A stretch of DNA of 64,000 nt from Orbicella franksi (lineage: Eukaryota), in NCBI GenBank assembly GCA_964199315.1, contig OZ116707.1, positions 23,188,001 to 23,252,000 on the forward strand, written 5' to 3'. The notes below the pieces were generated by a model that worked only from the letters and a program-made list of their open reading frames with translations, had not been told where the DNA came from and ran no database searches. Positions 47,056-59,500 of this stretch are shown piece by piece; the stretch's first letter is position 1, and every line of letters starts with the position of its first letter. The position numbers were made by a program, and so were the translations under genes.

Positions 47056-48069
47056 ATGAACAGGAGCATGGGGAGAAATTTTACGAGCCCTTATTTTCAG
47101 AATAGTTCCAATTCTACTCCACAAGCACCGACGCAGATCAGCACCATTCCCCTTTCCGAGCAGGTCACGTGGTGTGTTGTACTCGCTTTGGTAGCCTTCG
47201 CCATTATCGTTGGCAACACCCTGACCATCGCAGTCTTCACTCGAAAGAAACTACTGCGCCTGCGTGCCAACTACTTCCTTGTGACGCTGGCTGTTGCAGA
47301 TCTTCTGGTGGGCGCCTTTGCTGTCCCGATGTACATTCACCAGCTTATCTTTTACTGGAAAACAAACAAAGGAACTGACAAAGGAACTTACATCGCGTAC
47401 AAAGCTATTGACATTTTTACAGGATTTGCCTCGATTTTCGCTCTCACAATTATAGCTTTGGAACGATTATGTGCGGTTATGCGTCCATTACGACATCGGA
47501 TCGTCTCAAAATCTACTTATTACGGCCTTATAGCAGTTGTGTGGTTATTATCATTGCTGGTTGCTGTGTTGTATTTTATGAACGGCTTCGAAGTATTCAA
47601 ATTCAAAATTTTCTTCTATTTCGTCATTTTCTTCATATTTTCTTCGCTTTTAGTCATTTGCGTGACTTATGCCCTCATATGGGCAAACGTGACAAAAGAG
47701 AAAAAAGAAAAGCCAAAACGGGAGAGTAGATATCAAGAAGAACTTGAGCAGCAGAAGAGAAGCGCGCAGGAAAAACAACTGGTCACCACTCTTCTCATAT
47801 TAACGCTTGTTTTTGTTTTGACCTGGGTACCGTTCTACATTTTAAACATCGTGGTGTTCGTAAATGATAAATGGGAGTCTTCTCATATTCCTTATGAAGT
47901 TTTCGCCTTTGCTAAACTCCTGCATTACAGTAACAGCTTTGCGAATCCCATAGTGTACACCGTAAGAATCCCCCGATTTAAGCGAATTCTTCTGGGATCA
48001 TTTCGACGGAAGAAGACTGCACTCTTGGAGTCACTGCGGCGCCCAAAACAATTAGCTAGTAGTCTTTGA
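47056..48069 (+). CDS. Class A GPCR, 337 aa, aminergic-like residues, single coding exon
   Basis: 7TM; GN, LAVADLLVG, D3.32, LERL, TWVPFY, NSFANPIVY; N-terminal N-glycosylation sequons. CTAAC branch point (47006-47010) and acceptor ending at 47037. Confidence 0.95.
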   Translation: MNRSMGRNFTSPYFQNSSNSTPQAPTQISTIPLSEQVTWCVVLALVAFAIIVGNTLTIAVFTRKKLLRLRANYFLVTLAVADLLVGAFAVPMYIHQLIFYWKTNKGTDKGTYIAYKAIDIFTGFASIFALTIIALERLCAVMRPLRHRIVSKSTYYGLIAVVWLLSLLVAVLYFMNGFEVFKFKIFFYFVIFFIFSSLLVICVTYALIWANVTKEKKEKPKRESRYQEELEQQKRSAQEKQLVTTLLILTLVFVLTWVPFYILNIVVFVNDKWESSHIPYEVFAFAKLLHYSNSFANPIVYTVRIPRFKRILLGSFRRKKTALLESLRRPKQLASSL

Positions 48070-48567
48070 AGCAATTGTTCGTTTCAATGACAAATATGAA
48101 CACTGCTGAACTTGATTACAAATGGGGAAACTTTCTCTTAATTGCCAGAACCAGGGCGTTGGTTGAAAAATAACTAAATCTAAATCAATTCAATTAAACT
48201 GCTTTGTATATGCCAAGTTTTGTAAAAGAATATGTACAAACGTTAATAAGAGCTTGAAGCTTCACAAAAGAAGTAAGTTAACAACATAAACCACTTTATT
48301 GTTGGGTTAGTTACTGATAGGGGAAGGTAAAACAAAGAGCCAAAATACCACATGACGGCAAGCATTGTCAGAACATGCAACAGGTGCTGCTCATTTGTTG
48401 TAGATTAACTATCAAAAGAATTTTTCTGCATTTGTGAGCCCCACTTTTTGCCGCCATTAATACATGAGGTCCTCATTGGGGTGGTGGTTTAATTTATACG
48501 ATTAACGGTTAATATATATATACATATATTTTCTTTTTTCACGGTTAACGGTTAATTTGTTTCCCTT

Positions 48568-48679
48568 AAGCCTTAGTCAAACGGCGCATGATAGTAGATG
48601 ATAGTTGATGATAGTCGGTGAAAATTCGAGGAGAGTCATTCCATTATCGTCGACTATCATGCACCGTTTGGCCAGGCTT
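48568..48679. mobile_element. Small MITE
   Basis: AAGCCTTAGTCAAACGGCGCATGATAGT vs ACTATCATGCACCGTTTGGCCAGGCTT as imperfect TIRs. Confidence 0.65.
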
Positions 48680-50402
48680 TTTATTTTTGATTACTGTAAA
48701 ACATATTGAAGGGCTTAGGACCATTCCGGGGTGGAAAAAAGTATTACTTTAAGAATAATATAGCTTACTATAAAAAGACAAAACACAGACTGAAAAGTTT
48801 TGAAAAGAGGTTTTGAGACTTTTACTCTCGTGGCTAAAAATGTTTTTACACTTAAATTTTTTTTACGGCTAACGTTTAAAATTTTCCAATTTTCACGCCT
48901 AATTTCTAAATTTTTAGCCTGTTTTACCCCATGTCTAATTGTTACCCTGCGGCGAAAACAATAATCAGGTTGTTTTTTGTTTTTTTTTAGCATAAAGCCA
49001 TAAAACGTCATAGGTAAGGGAAAACATAAGAGTAATGACGAGTAACAAAATAAAGTATACCTAAAATGTGATCAGTTGCTTTATTTTCTAGTGTAAAACA
49101 TCAATATTACAGGATTGGTACGAATATCAGCAGCCTGCTCTCCGTGCATTTCTGAACGCCATGATGCATCAGAGTTTGAACTCCTCGGAATTTTTCCTAA
49201 AGACGTGAATTTAACTTACTGGAGACTAAAAGATTCTCTATTTAAGGAATTTGATCTTTTTGAACTTTTTGAACACAGCTGTTGATGTTAGCATTACTGC
49301 ACGTCTAGGTTTATGTCTTTATTGTACCATTGACCGATCATCGCCAGTAAATTGTACAGTATATCTTTTTTTAGATCTGGGATATTGCTGCAACAACCGA
49401 TAGCACTTCTAGAAGGTATTTCTGTGCACTTTTCGAATGTGTATTGCACCATCCTGAAGGAGATGAGAGGACGTGAGATATTACCTTCCTGGGTAGACGT
49501 CACAACAGCCGCCGGGCCCATTCTCCTCAAACTCGGTCGTGAAACAAAATGGCGGTGTTTTGGGGCTATTTTCGAGATTTCGTCGGGGCACCGAAAATCG
49601 AGGATTTAACCGAATCCAAAAATTTTTTTGTGGAAGTATTTCAAATAACAAGATCGTTGGTGACTCATCAAGAATTGCATCAGAATTGATGCAGGAAAAA
49701 GGAAATAGATACATGTAGCTATGATCAGCTATGAAGCTATACCAGTAGGGTCTAAAAATACCCTTTATCTATTGGCTTATATTCTATAATTAGAGACAAT
49801 GTAACATTTAATTTAACCCAGAAAAATGTCGGTGAATGAAAGTTAGTACCACTTCTTTAAAACAGAGTCTCGCACGCGTAACTTATAGCATTTTTCGCAA
49901 TATTAACTTGATCCTATTTGTTAAGCGTTCTCTCGTCCAGGGGGACCCTGATTTTTTCCTGCTCAAGAGGCTATGCCCTATTGCGTCGAGCGTAAAAGCA
50001 ACTGGATGTGACATTTCCCAGATAAAAGCAATTCACCATTTATGAGAATCAGCTGTTGTGTCCAAAAGCTAAGTATCAGTTCTTCTAAACCTTTTACATT
50101 AAGTCTAAAAGTAGAAAGCACTGTTTGAAGAGACTTATGCAAACTGCGCTTTCTACATCTTTCAGCGCTTCAATGAAAAGTTCAAAGAGCCTCGTTTGGA
50201 CATCGTGATCTATACATGAAGCAGTATATCAAAACCCAAAGTGTGAAAATCTAAAAAATGCAACCTATCATTTTTTACTACTGTTATCAATGCTATTCAT
50301 TTGTTGTTTGCTGAAAAGAAGTTATTTCTTGTTGTGTTGCTCTATTAAGGAAGTTCGTAGTTTGTAAGTTATCCTCCACACCTCTCCGATCCGTGTCTCT
50401 TA

Positions 50403-50537
50403 CTACACTTTAGTAACCACCATGCCATCAGCTGTCATTCCTGATGAATGAGCAGAGCTTGCCTGGCTGATGTCACTTGCTGCTGCTCCGTGGTCCGATT
50501 CACCGTCATCATCAAGATACGAGTCCAGTTTGGAATC
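50403..50537 (-). CDS. Cadherin terminal coding exon
   Basis: DSKLDSYLDDDGESD..GMVVTKV* (TAG TAA). Confidence 0.8.
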   Translation of the reverse strand, partial: DSKLDSYLDDDGESDHGAAASDISQASSAHSSGMTADGMVVTKV

Positions 50538-53500
50538 CTGTTGAAAAATCAACTGTCAAAAGTGATATTTTTTCCTAATCCACTAGCTTCATAAAGAAAA
50601 CTTTGGCTGTTTCTTCTGGATAGGATGTTGGGTCAGTATCATATATAGGGAGAGGTTGAGGCACTGTAATACAAGAGGGTTGTACAATAACATAACGCAA
50701 GGATCATTCTGTATGTGACCTCTGAATAGATGCAGCCCATTACAATGAGTCAGACCGTTTCGAGACCACACCTTCCTTTAGAACTGCACACTAGACTAAA
50801 AGGGTTGGAATATTAGTTGAAAGGAATTTCTTGACTCAAATATGCCGTAAGCAGAATTCAATTTTTGTAAGTGTTCTTTTTTTTTTGGCAACAGTTTTAA
50901 GTTTGTTCCTAAATTCAATTATTAATGTAAAATTCTTTGATTATCTAAATCGCGCACGGTGCACTCCAGGAAGTTTCAATTCTGTTTTTACCTGTGATAA
51001 GTAATAATCACCCTCATCCCAAATTCTGTCTTCCAGTGAACTACACGAAAAGAATAAAAGGAAGTTAGGATTTCCTTCTAAAGTTTATAACTTAATTAAT
51101 GCGCTATGGATTCATCTATTACATTCAAGACAGTGACATATACAGTAAATAGCTTTCTATAATTGCACAATTAAGACACATCCACGCGTATAAGGGCACG
51201 CTACGTCAAACTTACTGCGAAAAACTAAGTAATAAATGACATTCTTCAACGCTACAACAAACCCAGTTGTGACAAAAATTATTATGCAAACAAAAGAAGC
51301 GAGTAAAATTTATCCTGTACAGACTACGGGTGGGGGAAAAACTACCAGCGCTTACTTATTTCTGCTTTTTATTAATATTGATTGTTTTTGAGTCATTTTC
51401 TGGCGTTTCTCTGACGTTTTGAATAATCAAGAAATCCAAGATGGCGGATCAAAGATGGTGGCTGTGGGAATATCATGATGTACATGTAATAGGGTTAATA
51501 TAAACAGCCAGATTTCTGTAAGGTCAAATTCCTTCAGTGTTACATCAAGTTATTGACTTACTGCCTTTTCTTGGTCAGGGCATATTCTGAACTGAACATT
51601 CCTGGATCACTTCCATATGAACTTCCCGGACGAGACATTCTACAGTAAAAACAACTTTATAATGAGAAATGTTCCAGAAAAAAAAAAAAAAACATTTAAT
51701 TCCAAAACCATAGATGTATAAGGTACAAGGTTGAAACATACTTGACGGAGGCAACGCCTTTGCCCTCAATAGAACCGACAATGTCATCGTACTGTGACCA
51801 GGAACCACTACAACGGACAAAAAAACAGTAATTATGAAACCTGGCAATATGGCCGGCCTGATTTCTAAGCGATTAAACGGATACCAAAAAACTGAGCCCT
51901 CTGTATAGGAATAGATAACCAGAAACACACACGGAAAATGACATCTCTAGATGTAAAATACTCACTGACGATTAACGTCACCAAACTTTCTTCGCCCTCT
52001 TGGTGAGTTGTACATGTCACGTTTCTTAACTCTGTAAATAGAACAAAGGAATATAAAGATTGGCCATTCAATAAATAATTGGGCCTTACTGTACCGTGTT
52101 TTACCTTTAAAGTGGCTAATGACTCGGTCATAGAATTGATCGAGACATCACAGTAATGTCTTAAAAATCTAGACAAACTCAAAAGAAACAAAGAAAAGCC
52201 AAAAAAGGAAGCACGGATGGGAAAATTGGGAAAGACTAAAACGGACTGCATTTGGCCAAACTTGAAAAACGTACGGTCGAATCTTTTCAAGTTTATTCTG
52301 AATTTGTATGAGAGTGTCATTTATAATGTTCGGACTTTGGTGACCATGATTTTGCCAATAACAGACAGCTGCTCTGCCAATTTGAAGTGTACAACTCGTA
52401 ATTAACCAAAATACACAGATTTACCTAAAACACGGTGATCTAACCCTTTGAATGAGTGATCAACATCACAATTCGCCTAACGATATCAATATCAACGTAC
52501 TAAGGACTGAATTAACAGATTAGCAAGGAAATCCAGAGTAAGCAGTACGATAGGTAGATAACAGAACCTTTTTTCGAGTGACAGAAGAGTTCAACCTTTC
52601 CTGTAACAGAATTGTGACAGGACAGTATTTTACATTGATTTGGTGACTATGATCACGATGATGAGTAACCTGGTCGAAACAATTGAAAACCGATCAAAAT
52701 GGGTCAATTTTCGGCCAATGAGAAGATCAGTTTTAAATTACCTGCAGCGGGTCTTAATAGCGAAGCACAGACCAAGCAACAAAAGCAGCCCCACAACAGA
52801 TCCCAAGATGATCAGCGCTAGTTCAGCGTTACCCAGGCCACTATCATCTGCTGGAGGCTCTGTTGTAGTGGAAATCGGAGCCCTTATCTTCCATCTGGCG
52901 TACAGAGTCTCTAACTTGTCAGCGTGTTTTTCAATTGTACTGAAACGAAGGAATTAGAATTCGAACTATAGCTCTGATATACTATAATTAATTTGAAGTA
53001 ACGGTGCGTCGTCCTGTGTTTGTAGAGATCACAGAAAAGAGAATCAAACGAGAAAAACCCACGGGCTTGGCCGGCTGGTCTTACAATTTATATCGGATAT
53101 AACTTAGTAAAGATATTATATGTAACCTATGATATGTTGAGTAAGATCCAATTCTTTAAAGGCTAAAGCCAGTTTTTTTTCGTTGATATTGGATTTTACC
53201 CCCGAGACGGTAAAAAAAAAAGCAAAAAACAAAAAAAACAAGCAAACAAAACCGAGATGAAGTGACTCATCGCAAAGCCTTCAAAGATTTTGAGGTCGCA
53301 TTAAGATAGTCCCCGAAACCTGCGTTTTTTATGTACCACTCACCAGCCCCTGAAAGCAAAGTAACTAGTGAAGCATGCCGCAACTTATTAATAAACAAGG
53401 CCTAGTCATTTAGCAGTTGCTAATAAAGGTACATTCCTCGCTTAGTATTTTAAAGTTCATTTACCTTAACACTTCATCACTGGTCATGATGTTTTGATCC

Positions 53501-56500
53501 TCAACATTGACAGCATGGAAGAGTACTTCAGAGTTAGCGATCTGTCTCCCATCGGTAGTCTCAGCAAAGACCTTGAATATCGCTTCTATGTTCACCTCGG
53601 CTTCAGTGATGTTATTCAACATACTAGAGGGGCGGCATCAAAAACTAAGAAGTGTTTCTATCACGTTTATTAATATCAAAAAAGCTACTGACTGATTTTA
53701 AATTACAGTACATGTAAATTCCACGTTACATGCGTCACAGTATGATGCTGATGATAAAAAAAGTAACTTTCGGATAAAGCAACTCGTCACTTTAAAAAAA
53801 AAAAGAGAACAAGATTATGATGGAATTGTTGGCATGATGCAGAGAAATTACCCTAAAACTTGATTAGAATTCAAATAGGCGCTCGTTGTAAACCTCTGCT
53901 AGTCTCAATCATGAAGATGAGATGCATAAATAGTTTAAAGTTACAATTGTTAGTAACGCCCGCGTAAAACTGGAAGAGATAGAATAATGACCTGATAAAC
54001 TCCTCTTTATTCTGCTCGATGAGAGATGGATCAACTTGAGCCTTGAGAGTGACTCTCTGTTCATCAACAAGAACGAATATCTGGAGAACAAAGAAGACAT
54101 GTCGCAAAAGCGTTCTTCACACTGCACAAAGCTAACAGGGTTTTTAAACTTAGGGTTAGGGTTAGGGATAGGGAAAAGAGATGGTCCAGCTGGGCGGAGG
54201 TCAGGGGCGCAGCGCAAGACAGGGCTAGTTGGCGAGAGACAGTTACAGCCCTATGCGCCTCATGGCGTGAAGAGAAATAACTAACTATAGGGTTAGACGC
54301 AATGGGAAAGACGCAATGCGCCTCCTGCCGTGAGGAGGCGAAGATGACGAGATGTATTAGCAATTAGATCGTTACCTTTTTCTTTATTTAAAGACTTGTC
54401 CCGGGGGATACCCCCTATCATGTCCTATTAGAGGAGGCTCCGCACGGAAGGGGTACCTTTTTCAGGCTTAAGGTATAAAACCTGGGTAGGGATTTCACAA
54501 GTTGAGGCATATGAAGGGGCAGAGAAATGCAGGTCCGACGTGAACATGAACTGAGTAAAAAATTTCTTTTAGTTGTGTCGTTAACATCTCTCCTGGTTAT
54601 GCTTGATGTTCTCTGGTGATATTGCTCATTCATTCCAAGGGTTTAGAAAAGGGATGCAGTGTTCTCAAGTAGGGAAGTGAAAGAGGTGCTTTTTTCAATA
54701 AAAAGGTCTACGAAAGGGGTATCATTTCTTTCAAAATGGTATACAAAAGGGTAAGGGGTTGAACCTTGGGGTGGAGTCTGCCCGTATAAACCTTTGTAGA
54801 GTGCCCGTCCTCCTCTCCTCCCCCCGGAACCTGTTCATGAGACCACGTCGACCTTCAAGAAGACTGGAATCATATAAAAAGAAACTAATTTAAAAAAATC
54901 ATAACAAATTCGGACAGTCATTACCTGTGCGGTTGCCTCTCCATCAGCTTCGTTTGTAGGAGCCTTCCCATGATTGTCGTAAGCACTCACTTTAATGGTA
55001 AACCGCTGACCCTTCTTCCCTTTGAAGTTACTTGCTGTCGTTATGAATCCTGTGTTCTCATCGATCTTGAAAAAGCCACCGTCATTTCCAGATGATATTC
55101 TATACTGCACCGCACTGAAGTTACCCGCGTCTCTGTCTGTAGCCTGCGATAAAAATAGACGTTACCCTAAATAGCATTGCTAACCCAAATTCGCAATTAG
55201 CCAAGGAGTTCACAAAAGCTACTCACATGGTAAAATTTCGCAGATACCATATCTGGCGAATTTCATTGTCAAAATAAGTATAAGAGGGGCTCTAAACGTA
55301 TCGGACAAAGCGCAACATGGGACGAAATGTTATTTAAAATACTCATTTTATAGTTGTTTTTACCCACCCTGATTTTCATGATGAAAGTGTTTAGATCTGC
55401 ACCTTCTGCAATACCTAAAAATAAAATATTTAAAATTAATTCAAAATCACGAGTTTCAAATCACCAAAAGTCACTCGTTTCCACGTGTATCACGTAATCG
55501 AAAAGTATCACCAGACTGTAGTTACCCGTACAATTTATGTTTAAAGTTAAGGAGTAGCCAGTTAATGTACAGTCCATTTGTATTTCAATCTATTGAGTGA
55601 ACATTGTTTTGTTTTTTTTTTTTGTTTTTTTTTTTTTCAATCTATTGTTAGAGAATGTTTTGCAAAGTGCTGTGTGAATCATTTCCAGTTACTTTAATGA
55701 AATTTGCACTTTTTAAACTCATTTATTACTAACGGGTTGTAATTAAGGACTCCCCTCTCTCCGTCACCCCCACCCCCCACAACCATAACGGCGGTGTTTT
55801 TTCATCAATTTTGCAAGTGATTAGTCTATGTTTGTAAGAAAAACAATCAGGAGGCTTGCAGTTTTGGGCGTTATCTAACGGAATGCATAGAGCCTTCCTT
55901 TCCCGCCACAATGCATGTGTCACCCAGAAAATTATGTGGCGCAGCCCGGGAGAACACAGATATGCAATACGTACAACAGCCATTAGTGAGGTCATTGGTT
56001 TTCTTACCTCCCGTAAAAAGTGGCCTGATAAACGTTGGGGCGTTGTCATTTATATCAGTGATAGCTACCGTAACGGTTGAAGTGTCATACAGATAACCCT
56101 CAGCTGAAAGAATAATGTTTATCGTAATTAGTAAAGACACTAAAATCTGCTTGCGATCCAAAGTGAGCTGACTCAAACTGAAGATTTGATGCCCATGTTT
56201 TTGATAAAATAGAAAAAAAAAGTAGAGAAATCAAAGCATACTCTTGAATTTAATTGAAGAGATGTCATACCGTCCACATTTCTCTGCCGTGGTCGGCTTG
56301 TCTCATTAAAGGCCATGGTTTCATAGTTATAAGCTCCAACCACTAGCGAATAGGTGGCAATTCTTTCCCTATCCAATCCTCTGTTTACGTACACAGAGCC
56401 AGTGTTGTCTATGCGGAAATCACCTGGTGAAAGGAAGTGACTGAATCTGTCATCAGGGTTTCGGTTAGCGTCGATTCGGTTCTTTTAATTGATAGCACAC

Positions 56501-59500
56501 CACCCTTAGCTGAGTGCGTCTACATCTGTTTTGGGATATTCCAAATTTTTACAGCCAGCGTCCGTCATATGAAGTTTTCATAGCCGGCTTTTATACTACT
56601 GTCTGTCCAAGTGGAAATATAGAAAATCCATACATATTGTTACACTAAGAATCACGTTAATGTTAAACAACCTGCCAATCGAAACAAAGACAACCCTCAT
56701 ACGGGTCGCTAGCTTATCAACAGGGGGGTGGGTGGGTTCTTCTTCAACAGTCTTTTCACCCTTTATCCCCTCTAACTAACCTGTTTGCATTTTGCATTGT
56801 GGGGTATGATATCACTTTCACACAACTCAGAACACGTAAATAACCAATACGTTCCTCGTGCTCTGAGCAACATCGATAAAAATTTTCCTGACGTACTGCA
56901 ACACGTTTATTGATACACTGTTACCTTGATCATCTCCACTTATAATCTCGTAGGTTATTTCAGCATTAGTTCCCGTATCTTGGTCTGTTGCTGTGACCTT
57001 GATAACTGAGCGACCAACAGCAGCGGCCTCCGACACTGAAGCACTTTAAGAGGACAAGACGTATAAGTACAGAGGTAAAAACAAATTTGCTATTGGTCTT
57101 TATATCAGTTAAGGGTAATTTTTTTTACTTTTATTCCATTAAACGTCATTTAAAGATGTAGACGTTTCCTCCAAAGTGAGCTATATAAGGAATATTAAAT
57201 GTAGAAATAGCATCAACTCAGAATAAAGTGGAAGTTTCTCAACAAAAATGATTGCGGTATTAAATTTAAATTCAGGATTAGGTACTTCAAAATGATTCCA
57301 CATTTTTTGGCAAAGACTAATTCCCCAATAATGTTAAAGCGAAGCTGAAATCATATAAAACAAAAACATCGAGACACTTTAACATTACCATGATGCATCT
57401 GACAAAGATGCAATGATTTCGTCTACCAAAACAGGTAAAACAGAAAAGCACGCTAACGTTTATCTTTTAGACAGGGTAAAAGAAAAACATACCTATAGGA
57501 TTGTTTATCAAATATGGGCTGGTTGTCATTTACATCTTCAACAGTAACGTGTACAGGTACAACGGACGAGAGGGGCTGGGGCGATCCAAGGTCCTTGGCC
57601 TCTACCATGACCATAAATCGTCTGTATTCTTCTTCGTCAATGGTGTTTTTCAGCGTCATTATTCCTGAATCTTGATTTATGCTAAACACGTTTGTGTTTA
57701 CTTCGTCGTATAGAATTCTGTACAACACTCGCCCGTTCGTCCCCTAGGGAAAGATATTTAAGTGCTTATTTACGTCCAAGAAACTGTTTCTGTGCATTAG
57801 TAGTGGTTCAAGATTTCAAACTTGTTTTTCATTGAAAATTAATTCAAACATGGTCGTGAGCTGGAAGTCAATAGAACGTTGTTGACGCCTCAAATTCTTT
57901 TTAGGACCGAAATTTATCCTTTGGAGTTGTTGTAGTTGGTGTTGTAGTTGTTGTTGTTGTAGTTGTTGTTTTGTTTAGTTTGTTCGTGTCTGCTTTACTT
58001 CAGTTTGAGTCACATGTTGTCTAGTTAGGTGATTTTAAGTGAAAAATGCTCTAGACATGCTGATATTTCAAAGAGCCAAAGTCAATGGTGAGTAGCTGTA
58101 TGAAGTTGCTAACTTTGTCCCCTGCCAGCACAAGACAAGGTCTTGAGACCCATCAAGAAGGCATCATTCAACATTCATGCCCGTTCTCTGACTGCTGACA
58201 TTGCAATTTGATAAAGAAGTTGATGAAAGTTCTGAGTGACTCGCTTACAAAAACAACACACGCTGCCTCGGACTACATGTACATCCTCAGTAGACATCTG
58301 GGTTATAACTACTAGCTTGACTTTAGTAGCTTCAAAGAAAAAACACACTCCTTTTGACTATACATCCTAGACATCTATCTGGTTTGCTAGCTTGCCTCAA
58401 GTAGAGCTTAAAAAAACGCATGCACACAGTGTCTTTGGCCAAACAATCTAACCATCTGGTTTCCCCGTTGCCCTAAGTAGCTTCCAAAATAAAAATACAC
58501 TGGTTATATTCAAACACCAACCAGATCTTTATCTTGCGCGGACACTTTCACGATGGACGTCCCAGCTTTGTCTCCCTCGGAGATGGTCTCGTTGTAGCTT
58601 GAAACACTAAAGCGAGGCGGTTCATCGTTGGTGTCCAGGACATTGACTCTAACCGTCGTGCTGCTGCTCAGAGAAGGATTGGACGCGATGTTTGTTGCTG
58701 ATACTGTAAGATCGTAAATCCTAGTCCTCTCGCGATCCTAGATCAAATAGACAGGACTGGATAACTTATCATGGATGATGTTTCAAAATGGAATCTAACA
58801 TAACATGAAATACTACAAATTATTAATTAGTTGTTTGTCCTTCCAGTAAAATTAAACGTAAAGAATTACCTCTGTCTTTTCAGTGAAGCTTGAGTTCTCG
58901 TAGGAATATTCATTAGCTAGAGGGGTTTTACTCAACCCCTACGAGAATTCCCTCAACACATGCTACAATTCACTTTTCTGAACTTTAAATTTATTTGATT
59001 TTTTTTAAGTCGTAGAAGCACCCAATACGATATATTCTTCAATGAGTCTACTGGAATCATTTTCACGTAAATTCCATCATAAGTTTACCAAGTGCTTACC
59101 AAAGGTTTCCTGGTAAAAATTGTTCCTGAAGTTCCATTTATATTAAAACAGTTATCCACGTCTCCTTCTGGCGTAAAAAAGGTAATAATAAAGGAAAGCA
59201 AAATCATTTACTCGTGCTCATACGCCTTGCTTCCAGATTGCAGGTAAAATGGGCAAAACAGCAAAAGTGTAGTAAGGTAGTCCTTACTATTAAAGCAGGT
59301 GCTGTTGTGACCCATGGCCTAAACTGGAAAAGAAGGTTCTCCTTTATGTCAAGGTAATATTCATTCACAAAACTTATGCTGATGTTTTTGCCACTGTTCA
59401 GTTACTGACTAATTTCAAAGCAGGTCATCTGTGATTTGCTATTCTACACTGCATTACGAACTTTGGCACTCGGGGAGACAATTTCATGGTGGGAGGAAAA

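Noticed and set aside
50585-50663. Extra cadherin tail exon (PQPLPIYDTDP..)
   Set aside because: It needs a phase-1 entry that no upstream donor provides, has weak donors and would leave a very short following intron.
56280-56300. Furin site in SRPRQR
   Set aside because: Does not fit R-X-(K/R)-R or even the minimal R-X-X-R.
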